Assembly: GCA_964584265.1 (NCBI GenBank)
Contig: CAZOZI010000002.1
Span: forward strand, 2,340-66,339
Origin: an uncultured Candidatus Saccharibacteria bacterium
Lineage (GTDB): Bacteria > Patescibacteriota > Saccharimonadia > Saccharimonadales > CAYVSP01
Length of the DNA: 64,000 bases
Direction: 5' to 3'
Part shown: positions 56,199 to 64,000 of the stretch, one piece after another
Numbering within the stretch: position 1 is the stretch's first letter
Layout: every line of letters begins with the position of its first letter
Notes under the pieces: model-generated
Databases searched by the model: none
What the model saw: only the letters and a program-made list of their open reading frames with translations
What the model was told of the DNA's origin: nothing
Position numbers and translations under genes: made by a program

Positions 56199-57059
56199 TT
56201 ACGATCTGTTTTCCAGTAAATAAAGCGGTGTGTATTGACCGTAGGGATGATCCTTTGCCTCGAAGGTCTCTATTATCTTAAAGTTGGGTAAGTATAAGCT
56301 AGCTTCTTCATTGGCTCGAAGATCATAAACCCACACTTTGTCAGAAATATCCTTTAGCCAATATTCCCATAGAATATTTAGTAGTTCATTCTCTTTGGTA
56401 TTTCCCCGCGTGAAGCTATTACCAATTCGCAATTTTTCAACAGCGGCTCTTACTTTTGGCATGCTACCTAGATGATCTTTGGCGTCCCAAGTTAAAATTT
56501 GAATTTCAAACACCAATTCTAAAGCCGTTGTTTCGTTTGTATCTTTCTCTCTAAAGTTCAGTAGGATCTCATTGATCGAATCATATGGTTTCTTTGCCGG
56601 TGCATTAAAGGCCCTGTTTAAAAATAACCCGTCGGGTTTCAGAATCCTTTTTATCTCACGGATAAACTGATGCCTGGATTCATATGGCACATTCGGGACA
56701 ACAGCATCGCCCAACACTAGGTCATAAGTGTTATCTTTAAATGGCATCTCTAGCCAATTACCTATAGTTACACCACGTTTTGCGGCTGGATCCTTAGTGA
56801 TTGCAGTCATTGCCTGGACCATTTCCTTGTTGATATCGATAAGATCAGACTCAATATGTTCTTCGCTCAAGATATCCAGCAATTCAGGCGTGGCGCCCAA
56901 AACCAATGCTTTCTTCGACTTAGGCGCATATGACTTTAGCCATTTATGATATGTTTTTACTTCCTGGATTGACGGCCGACTCGGTGGCTTGAAGTAGGTT
57001 AGCCATTTTTCAGCAATCTTAGACCATGGTTTTGAAGTATCTTTTAGTGATGTAGGCAT
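56199..57059 (-). CDS. Class I SAM-dependent methyltransferase
   Basis: ALVLGATPELLDIL...DINKEMV...YDLVLGDAV correspond to motif I, post-I and motif II. Confidence 0.75.
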   Translation of the reverse strand: MPTSLKDTSKPWSKIAEKWLTYFKPPSRPSIQEVKTYHKWLKSYAPKSKKALVLGATPELLDILSEEHIESDLIDINKEMVQAMTAITKDPAAKRGVTIGNWLEMPFKDNTYDLVLGDAVVPNVPYESRHQFIREIKRILKPDGLFLNRAFNAPAKKPYDSINEILLNFREKDTNETTALELVFEIQILTWDAKDHLGSMPKVRAAVEKLRIGNSFTRGNTKENELLNILWEYWLKDISDKVWVYDLRANEEASLYLPNFKIIETFEAKDHPYGQYTPLYLLENRS

Positions 57060-57081
57060 AGTTAATTATTTAAGTGTGTGA

Positions 57082-58122
57082 TCAGTAGATAAACTTGAGG
57101 CTACCAACTGATGTAAAGAGTTTATAATCGCGTACGGCCCAGCCTCCCCAAGGGGTTGGATCGGTCATTGACTTCTGGCCACGGGAATTCATTTCGCTAA
57201 CCCAGAAGCTTCCGTCCGAATTAACTACTTCTACTATCGACACGTGATTGCCGGCAGTATTTACAGCAACTGCACCTACTTGTGGAGTACTACCCGTTGG
57301 TAAACCAGCGCGTTGTGCCAGATAATACCAACTATAAGCATTACCTAAGTTACTGGGGACTGGACGGCCAAGTTCAGCCCGACGGTTAGCAGCGTACCAA
57401 GTACACCAACCATAGTCATAGCCATTGAATCCATAAGTGGCTGAGAAGCCGAATGCAAAACCAACTGGTATTGTTGATTGACGAGAGGCCACAACCTGCA
57501 TACCTGAAGGAATAATAATCTGTTGTCCGACGGGTAGCCCACCTACTTCTGCGTCATTATAGGCAATAATCTGATCTTTATTAGCCTGGTAGCGACTGGC
57601 CAGGATCTCTGGTGTATCGCCAGGTTTAACAGTATAGATAACGCCATTAACTCCAGGTAAAACCCAGATTGCTTTACCCGCAGGGAGGTTATCGCTATTT
57701 CCAAGACCATTTGACCAACGGATCGTGTTAGAAGTCACACTGAATTTAGCAGCAATGCTGGAGACGCTGTCGCCTGCGACTGTAATATACTTTTGGATAT
57801 CCTTACGAGACTTCAGGCCAGTAGCCACAATCTGAGGTTTAGCTACTACGCTTGTATCAGCAGGTGTAATTGATAATTGTGCATTGACCGAGTCAGCTTG
57901 GTTAGTAACTGATGTGGCTTCGGGCAAGTGGGTCATGCGCGCTACGTTCACGGCAATATCAGCTGAAGATACCTGGTCAAGTGGGTCAGTCGCAACACTG
58001 TTGGAATTAACGGCCGCGGCATTTTGTTGGACAGCCTGGCTGGTATTAGGATTACGGATAACGAAACTGGCTACTGCTCCGATAACTAAGAGGTTAGCAA
58101 TCAATAAACTGTAGCGAAGCAA
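57082..58122 (-). CDS. Secreted peptidoglycan hydrolase: two LysM repeats plus a C-terminal CHAP domain (TTG start)
   Basis: LysM: YITVAGDSVSSIAAKFSVTSNTIRWSNGL and YTVKPGDTPEILASRYQANKDQIIAYN. CHAP: GWCTWYAANRR...GNHVSIVEVV. Confidence 0.8.
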   Translation of the reverse strand: MLRYSLLIANLLVIGAVASFVIRNPNTSQAVQQNAAAVNSNSVATDPLDQVSSADIAVNVARMTHLPEATSVTNQADSVNAQLSITPADTSVVAKPQIVATGLKSRKDIQKYITVAGDSVSSIAAKFSVTSNTIRWSNGLGNSDNLPAGKAIWVLPGVNGVIYTVKPGDTPEILASRYQANKDQIIAYNDAEVGGLPVGQQIIIPSGMQVVASRQSTIPVGFAFGFSATYGFNGYDYGWCTWYAANRRAELGRPVPSNLGNAYSWYYLAQRAGLPTGSTPQVGAVAVNTAGNHVSIVEVVNSDGSFWVSEMNSRGQKSMTDPTPWGGWAVRDYKLFTSVGSLKFIY

Positions 58123-58456
58123 ACGTTTTTGGGAATGGCGAAAAAGACGCCTGTAGATACCAGTCGTCTTAATTGTATTGAGACGTGGACGAGCCTCGTT
58201 GAGGCCTATCGTGCTACGAATATTCAGCTCCGTGCCCGCTTTTTAGCGGGCAAACCCATACTGGTTTACTACACGATCCAAGCTGTTCGACCATGGCTTG
58301 GCCTCTAGTTGTATAGCGCAGTTTAGGGTTTGGCCTCCAGATAATTTGACAAACGCCACATCTGTTAGCCATAGGCGTTATGATAGCAAAAATGGTACCT
58401 CAAAGCAACGCAAAAAGCGATTTTTTTACCCCCGTTAATAAAGTAGATTACCGATG

Positions 58457-59515
58457 TTATTGAGCGTTATTACAGAGCTTTTTACAATGTGCTTGGATAT
58501 TAGCTTGATGTTCCTCGGCAGTATGTGCGAAATAAGTGTTACCATCATCTCCGGCCACAAAGTACAGATAATCGGTGTTTGCCGGATGTGCAGCAGCCTG
58601 CAAACTGCTGGCAGATACATTACTAATCGGCGTCGGTGGTAACCCCTGATGAAAATGAGTGTTATAAGGTGAATCGTAAGATACTGAGGGAGCTTTACCG
58701 GCTAAGATAGCGCCGTATATGGCAGTTACATCAGATCCTAGCACCATATTTTGACGCAAACGACTTAAGAAAACCTGAGCCACCACTGGGCGATCAGCCG
58801 GCTTTGAAACTTCCATTTCAACCATAGAAGCCAGTTTTATGCCATCATAAACGGATAGACCTTCTTGAGCAAAAGCGGCTCGCAGCTCCGGCGTTAGCCG
58901 CTTCTGCATTTCGTCCAAATACTTTGTAACAATATCTTGAGACGACGTATTGGCATCCTTTTGGATGGATTCAGGATAAATATAGCCCTCAAGTGTTGAT
59001 ACGTCTTTAGGAACATCGACAAGTGCGGGATGATTTCGATACAGGCCGGGGTTAAGTGCCTGGTCAACGTCAGTCGCTACAAACCCATTGTTAATCAGAA
59101 TGCTCCTCACTTGGTCTATGCGGCGCCCCGGAGGAATAGTAACTAGCGCTGTTGCTACTCGACCTTGTGTCATTATACTAACAATTTCCGGCACGGTTTG
59201 ACTAGGTGTTAATGCATATGTGCCAGCTTGTAGCTTTTCACGTACTTCTTTGCTGCCAACATACCACTGAAAAGCCCAATCGCTACGAATTAAACCCTGT
59301 TGCTTTAAAAGGGTTGCTATTTTGCTGGTTGAAGCACCGTTTGGAACGGTAACCAATTTTACAGTCTGAACCTTGCTAACCGGTTTAAGGTTTTCATGAT
59401 AAACATGCCGTACTAATACCATCGCACTAATTGATAGGATTATCAGTACAACAAGACTAATCATCAGCAGGAAAGGCCACCGACGATCTCGTATATGTAA
59501 TTTATACTTCGCCAT
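58457..59515 (-). CDS. mltG: Endolytic murein transglycosylase MltG (YceG family)
   Basis: N-terminal TM, LysM-like fold and catalytic region LASMVEMEV...YNTHFHQGLPPTPISN. Confidence 0.85.
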   Translation of the reverse strand: MAKYKLHIRDRRWPFLLMISLVVLIILSISAMVLVRHVYHENLKPVSKVQTVKLVTVPNGASTSKIATLLKQQGLIRSDWAFQWYVGSKEVREKLQAGTYALTPSQTVPEIVSIMTQGRVATALVTIPPGRRIDQVRSILINNGFVATDVDQALNPGLYRNHPALVDVPKDVSTLEGYIYPESIQKDANTSSQDIVTKYLDEMQKRLTPELRAAFAQEGLSVYDGIKLASMVEMEVSKPADRPVVAQVFLSRLRQNMVLGSDVTAIYGAILAGKAPSVSYDSPYNTHFHQGLPPTPISNVSASSLQAAAHPANTDYLYFVAGDDGNTYFAHTAEEHQANIQAHCKKLCNNAQ

Positions 59516-59517
59516 AT

Positions 59518-59946
59518 TTAAGAGTGCGAATGAGAGCGCAAAAAATCCTCCAAAATTATGCAGGCTGCCAACTCATCAACCGCCTCTTTATTATAGCGTA
59601 TTCCTCGTTGACGAAGCTCCTCTTTCGCCTGGACAGAGCTGAGTGTCTCGTCTTGCCATTCAATATCAACACTAAGTTTTTCATCCAACGACTGTAACAA
59701 ATGATTGGTTTTGGTTGTCTGCTCGGTTGTTTGCCCTTGCATGCCGCGCGGCAAGCCAACGACAAGCGTATCAATATCGTGCTGCTTGATCAGTTTGGCT
59801 AGCTCATCGGCGAGTACCTCATTGTTGACTAAAGTGGTGAGTGGTTTAGCTAAGCGAGCAACCCAGCCAGCATAGGCTATCCCAATACGCTTGTCGCCCA
59901 CATCCAGCGCTAGAACGCCCCTATTATTGTTTAGATGGTTGGCCAT
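59518..59946 (-). CDS. ruvX: Putative pre-16S rRNA nuclease / Holliday-junction-resolvase-like YqgF
   Basis: VLALDVGDKRIGIAYAG...LVVGLPRGMQG is the YqgF pattern. Confidence 0.85.
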   Translation of the reverse strand: MANHLNNNRGVLALDVGDKRIGIAYAGWVARLAKPLTTLVNNEVLADELAKLIKQHDIDTLVVGLPRGMQGQTTEQTTKTNHLLQSLDEKLSVDIEWQDETLSSVQAKEELRQRGIRYNKEAVDELAACIILEDFLRSHSHS

Positions 59947-61591
59947 TGGGTTGAATAAAGGTGATTTTTATACGGCTAGTTCGGTGCGGTGTACCGCCTA
60001 TCCAGAACGGACTATAAGTAATCTTTACGTCTTTAATGCCCGGCCGCGCTGTGATAATTGACTGGGTGTCACCTCGCTTCTTACCGGCAATGGCTTTTTT
60101 AATAGCGTCGCTGTCTAGTTGCGGGCCAGCTTCAGCGTTTGTTGATAGATTTACTTTAACGTTAGTGTCAGATTTTTTATCAGTTACATGGCTTTGGGCT
60201 TTGTCTAAACCATTATTGAGAATGGTCTGTTTGCCTGTATCGATATGCTTCTTGACTTCATTTTCAAGAATTTTATTCAGATCATCATTTTTAACACCGA
60301 GCATAGTGTAATTAATTGCTGCATTTACTGTGACGTCGCTGGCTTCCTCACCAACATTTGGTGAACTAGTGATAGTAGGACTACCAGCGTTAAACGTATC
60401 AGTAATACCGAATAGTTTGCCTGCTTGCAGCTGCTTGGTGAGCTCGGCTTTGGCAGGCTCGCTGTTGCGATCAAGGATTTTTTGCTTGGCACCGTCAACA
60501 TCTGCCTGTGACACTACTTTGACAACTTTCGTAGTACCGCCTGTCATAGCACTACTATCAACCCCATTAACATTAGGATAGCCGTTGACTGTAAATGTTC
60601 TCCCTCCACTAAGGTTATATTGATCTCCGGCATTTTGGGCCTGTACACCTACATCTTTTGTGCCACTAATACAACTTCCACCGCCGCTAAAAGCACTGGC
60701 GGGTAAGGCTACGTCTGACTGCGTAATAAAAGTTAGGCTACTTGTCGTTACGCTTGTTCCAGCGGGGACAGTAACACCACCGTCAGCATGGGCGCAATTC
60801 TTGAGCGTAACAGTCCCCTTAGCTTTGGTGCCTAGGTCCTTTTGTCCAGAAGCAGTTACTTTCTCGCTGTCAGTTTTACTAAAGGTTTTCTGCGTGGCAG
60901 GTAAAATTTTGGCCGATTCATCCAGCGATTGCGCTCCCGAATCAGACGTAAAGTCTACACTGGCGCTGACCGTAGAGCTGTCAGTCGTAATAACTATATT
61001 GGCTTTGGGCAAAACTTTGGTGAAAAGTATCCAAAGTAGTATTAGTAAGATAAAGCCGCCTACACCTAAGAACAATTTTGCACGAAAGCTCTCGAAGTTA
61101 GGTACTTTGAGTTTCTTGTTTTTTTTCTTTTTGGAACCCTTCTTGGATTCGTCTTCTGCTTCATTATCAACATTAATGGTTTCTTCCTCGGGCGCGGCAG
61201 GCAATCCGGCAAGTTCACCTACCGGTTTTGTCTCATCAACAGGCGCATCTCCAACCTCATCAGCTCCAACAGTCTCCATAATTTCATCAGAAGTTTCTGG
61301 CGGCTCTGGAACTGCAGGTTTACTTTGAAGGGTTTTAGCAACATGCAAACCGACGGCACCAGCTAGCGGTAGCAAACCAGCTTCGGAAGTTATAAGCACT
61401 AGATTCTTATGAGACTCATCAACTGAGCGTTTCAAAAGTTTCATGTTAACAATACTCTGCAAAGCGCTTGCCCGTTTTGGTAGCACTAGCGCTACAATTT
61501 TATCTTTGCTCGTGCGGACTTTATCGATGATGTTGGTAATATCATCATCAACGTCTATATAAATGGTGTCCTTGGTGCTATTCGTATTCAT
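59924..61591 (-). CDS. Hypothetical single-pass membrane protein, large extracytoplasmic Thr/Ser/Gly-rich domain
   Basis: 555-aa ORF between ftsA and ruvX, with a cytoplasmic ~90-aa N-domain and the TM LFLGVGGFILLILLWILF. No FtsZ motifs. Confidence 0.6.
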   Translation of the reverse strand: MNTNSTKDTIYIDVDDDITNIIDKVRTSKDKIVALVLPKRASALQSIVNMKLLKRSVDESHKNLVLITSEAGLLPLAGAVGLHVAKTLQSKPAVPEPPETSDEIMETVGADEVGDAPVDETKPVGELAGLPAAPEEETINVDNEAEDESKKGSKKKKNKKLKVPNFESFRAKLFLGVGGFILLILLWILFTKVLPKANIVITTDSSTVSASVDFTSDSGAQSLDESAKILPATQKTFSKTDSEKVTASGQKDLGTKAKGTVTLKNCAHADGGVTVPAGTSVTTSSLTFITQSDVALPASAFSGGGSCISGTKDVGVQAQNAGDQYNLSGGRTFTVNGYPNVNGVDSSAMTGGTTKVVKVVSQADVDGAKQKILDRNSEPAKAELTKQLQAGKLFGITDTFNAGSPTITSSPNVGEEASDVTVNAAINYTMLGVKNDDLNKILENEVKKHIDTGKQTILNNGLDKAQSHVTDKKSDTNVKVNLSTNAEAGPQLDSDAIKKAIAGKKRGDTQSIITARPGIKDVKITYSPFWIGGTPHRTSRIKITFIQPNGQPSKQ

Positions 61592-62883
61592 ACTTTCAGA
61601 ATTCTATCGATCCGTTCTTTGATTGAACCGCCTTGGTTGGCGCCAGTTTGATGCATTGTATCAACACCAACACGTAACAAACCCATTGCAGTTATGAATG
61701 TATGATCTGTCACTGAGCCGGTTTTGTCCAGAATGCCTGCCACTTGCTCCGGTTGAATGTGCTGTACAATTGGCTTTCGCGTAAACGGCAACTCTCGATA
61801 CCAACTACCCTGTTCCAGCTTATCCATAAGCATATCTAAACTTGAGCCACCACCACATAGCAGCAAACGGTGTGGCAGATGATCTAGTTTATCAAACTCA
61901 CCGAGTGCAAGTTCTACACCACTAAGCCATACATCCAAGGTCTTGTGCAAAGCTGCTTCAATGGGCTCCACTTTAGAATGCGGAATTTTGTTAGTTCCAA
62001 GTGATAACTTAGCCGCCTCGGCTTGCTCAAATTCCAGACCAACGTCTTTTTCAATTGACCGTGTATAGGCACGCCCACCGATGCCAAACATTTTCGTACC
62101 CTGCACACCACCATCGTTAATTACAGCAATGTCAGTAGTACCACCGCCTACGTCCATCAGTATGGCGCTCATATTAGCGTTCGGGTCATCACCAATGACC
62201 GAACGGGCAACGGCAAATGGTTCTGCGGCCACTGCTAGCAGATCAAGATCAAGTTCGTGCGCGGTGCGCTCTAATGCCCCTATATGAATCATCGGTGCAA
62301 AAGCCGTATATAGCTGCACAATAACTTCTTTGCCCTGAAAACCAACCGGATTAGTCACCTTATAGCCGTCAATTTCAATGCTCACAAGCGCACTGTTAAC
62401 CATACGTATCTCAACTTTTTTGCCACCCATTTCCCAAGCTAATTGTTGTCTAGCGCGAGCCGAGGCGCGTTCTTGAACTAAACCAATAATCTGCTCGACC
62501 TCGGCCATATCTAAGGGCTTATCGGTATTCTTTCGATTGGCCCGAACAGTGGTGGTCGTACCCTTAACAAGCTCACCAGCAATCCCGATAACTGCTGTTC
62601 GCACACTCAAGCCAGCTTGTTGTTCGGCTTGGTTAAGTGCCTGATCACAATTAGCGACCACTGAGCCAATATCAGAAATAGCTCCTGCCTGCATATCAGT
62701 CAGTGATTGGTGGGACCGTCCGACCCCTAAAATCTCTACGCCATCATCAACAACCTTACCGATGAGAGCTTTCACAAATTCAGTACCAATATCTAGTGCT
62801 ACCAGATGCTCAGCGGTATCTTTCTTTTTTGTTTTGTTGCGAGCCAGTGCACGGCTGCTAATGGACTTAACCTTATCAAGCAT
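61588..62883 (-). CDS. ftsA: Cell-division protein FtsA-like (actin/HSP70-fold ATPase)
   Basis: LVALDIGTEFVKALIG, MDVGGGTTDIAVI and LLCGGGSSL are the actin-fold phosphate and adenosine motifs. Start set to MLDKV (62883) rather than 62952. Confidence 0.75.
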   Translation of the reverse strand: MLDKVKSISSRALARNKTKKKDTAEHLVALDIGTEFVKALIGKVVDDGVEILGVGRSHQSLTDMQAGAISDIGSVVANCDQALNQAEQQAGLSVRTAVIGIAGELVKGTTTTVRANRKNTDKPLDMAEVEQIIGLVQERASARARQQLAWEMGGKKVEIRMVNSALVSIEIDGYKVTNPVGFQGKEVIVQLYTAFAPMIHIGALERTAHELDLDLLAVAAEPFAVARSVIGDDPNANMSAILMDVGGGTTDIAVINDGGVQGTKMFGIGGRAYTRSIEKDVGLEFEQAEAAKLSLGTNKIPHSKVEPIEAALHKTLDVWLSGVELALGEFDKLDHLPHRLLLCGGGSSLDMLMDKLEQGSWYRELPFTRKPIVQHIQPEQVAGILDKTGSVTDHTFITAMGLLRVGVDTMHQTGANQGGSIKERIDRILKV

Positions 62884-62899
62884 AATCTTAATGATTATA

Positions 62900-63199
62900 T
62901 CATGACAGGGGTGGAAGGTCTTGTATCTTCGGTTTCGGTGGCTCAATAACAATATGCGCCGGTTTTATTCTGTCAGTTCCAACTTTTGTAATCATGCGAT
63001 GGACCGCTACAGCATGGTAAGTGGCCAGTAAAATAATGCGTTCAGGCAGAGCGACTTCATCATGAGGAATGCCCAGATTAGGAAGGTTTGTTATAAGTTG
63101 TTGCCTAGCTTGTTCTGAAAAAGATTGAAATAAAACTTCAGTTGTTTGTGCTATACCTGTTTCTTGATAAGGATCAAGAAATCCGTATTTGAGCTCCAT
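62900..63199 (-). CDS. Hypothetical protein
   Basis: 99-aa ORF filling the alaS-ftsA gap on the coding strand. No motif recognised. Confidence 0.4.
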   Translation of the reverse strand: MELKYGFLDPYQETGIAQTTEVLFQSFSEQARQQLITNLPNLGIPHDEVALPERIILLATYHAVAVHRMITKVGTDRIKPAHIVIEPPKPKIQDLPPLS

Positions 63200-63202
63200 A
63201 CC

Positions 63203-64000
63203 TCATTGTAACACTGCTTTAATTCGGCGTATTCCTGCTGCACTAGATTCTTCTTTAATGATTTTGAATTTCTTACCATCTTCGCCCAGTACACTTGTGT
63301 GTTCGACGTGTGGGCCACCGCATAGTTCCATGGTATACGGGTTATCTTCTGGCCCCATAATGTACACCTTAACTGTGTCACCATACTTTTCACCGAAATG
63401 ACCCCTAGCACCAGTTGCTAAGCCTTCTTTGGTCGGCATTTCCTTCCAGGTTACTGGCAGATCTTTTTTAATCTGCTCATTAACAATATCTTCCACTTTT
63501 TTAATTTCTTCAGGCGTCATTTTACTAGGATGGTTAAAATCAAAGCGCAAGCGCTCATTAGTAATGTTGCTGCCACGCTGCTCAACATGATCACCTAAGA
63601 CCAAACGAAGCGCTTTATACATTAAATGCGTTGCAGTGTGATATTTAATGGTCTGCTCAGAATGCTCAGCCAAACCACCTTTAAACATGCCGGCTGCTGC
63701 GCTGCGAGATCGATTACGCTGTTTTTCTAGTTCTTGTTTATACTCTGTTTGCCAGTTTTCATTAATCTTCACACCTGACTCCTTGGCTTCTTCTAAGCTG
63801 AGTTCTGGAGGAAAACCATAGGTATCAAAGAGTTTAAATACATCTGTGCCATTCAACATGAGTTCATACACAATTTTTGGCTTAGCCTTATCATCTTTCT
63901 CAATAGATCTCGGTTTAAATACGGTTGCGCCGGGACTATGAGCAATTTTATTGAACTCTCGTAATCCCTTTTTCAAAGTTTGGCGGAACAATTTTTCCTC
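63203..64000 (-). CDS. alaS: Alanyl-tRNA synthetase, C-terminal part (5' end beyond the window); ends right after the editing domain
   Basis: FKLFDTYGFPPELS, editing-domain HTATHLMYKALRLVLGDHVEQRGS and ELCGGPHV motifs. The frame stays open to position 64000, and the track start at 63991 is an internal TTG. Confidence 0.85.
   Translation of the reverse strand, partial: EEKLFRQTLKKGLREFNKIAHSPGATVFKPRSIEKDDKAKPKIVYELMLNGTDVFKLFDTYGFPPELSLEEAKESGVKINENWQTEYKQELEKQRNRSRSAAAGMFKGGLAEHSEQTIKYHTATHLMYKALRLVLGDHVEQRGSNITNERLRFDFNHPSKMTPEEIKKVEDIVNEQIKKDLPVTWKEMPTKEGLATGARGHFGEKYGDTVKVYIMGPEDNPYTMELCGGPHVEHTSVLGEDGKKFKIIKEESSAAGIRRIKAVLQ

Noticed and set aside
58123-58456. c-di-AMP (ydaO) riboswitch upstream of the CHAP hydrolase
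   Set aside because: The conserved GGGGA...CCA and CCGAACCCG...CAGCUAACC blocks are not present on either strand.
60660-61328. Long antisense shadow ORFs inside confident genes (for example 60660-61328, 34657-35196, 6625-7089, 19677-20150, 50920-51348, 40598-40939, 30704-31081)
   Set aside because: Each lies entirely within a longer ORF on the opposite strand that has clear family motifs. Their translations are low-complexity, Ser/Leu/Arg-rich and typical of antisense frames.

Overview
This is a gene-dense bacterial chromosomal segment, mostly coded on the minus strand, with short intergenic spacers and many overlapping stop/start codons.

**Core genes**
- Translation and RNA: rpsP-KH-trmD, rnc, nusB, rpmF, rplY, leuS, the 3' part of alaS, and obg.
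- DNA repair and replication: ligA, uvrA, uvrC, sbcB, ruvX.
- Envelope and division: a Mur-ligase/hydrolase/DegT/FemAB/deacetylase operon, a LysM-CHAP hydrolase, mltG, and ftsA.
- Stress and redox: nickel SOD sodN with its protease sodX, lemA-htpX, NDH-2, and two FAD-linked oxidase paralogs.
- Transport: a two-gene ABC exporter, split chrA, an orphan family-5 binding protein, dedA, and secG.

**tRNAs.** I hand-folded nine tRNA genes, all with an encoded CCA: Ala-GGC, Ala-CGC, Leu-UAA, Cys-GCA, Gly-GCC, Phe-GAA, Leu-GAG, Val-UAC and Leu-CAG.

**Likely source.** The gene content and style look like a reduced-genome Patescibacteria/CPR organism, possibly Saccharibacteria-like. The clues are a missing rimM, AlaRS ending right after the editing domain, acidic tails on ribosomal proteins, and many leaderless-looking promoters. 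This is inference only; no database search was possible.

**Accessory segment (about 23.5-36.5 kb).** This part is tRNA-rich and full of hypothetical genes. The most unusual structure lies at 25.4-28.9 kb, next to tRNA-Gly:
- Single-gene units, each with its own promoter, are separated by a 119-nt module (three full copies plus one truncated copy).
- On the minus strand each full copy encodes a conserved 30-codon ORF. Its substitution pattern looks like protein-level purifying selection.
- Copy A is translationally coupled, in frame, to a DUF218 gene.
- The module ends in a mimic of the tRNA-Gly 3' end.
- The layout resembles an integrase-less cassette or mini-element array.

**Other second-look items**
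- Short direct repeats of tRNA 3' ends sit 130-150 nt downstream of two tRNA-Leu genes.
- Homing-endonuclease-type genes abut tRNA genes.
- Two candidate structured RNAs of unknown class lie at 1522-1684 and 18846-19015.

**Limits.** All functional calls rest on motif recognition by eye. No BLAST, HMM or folding software was run.
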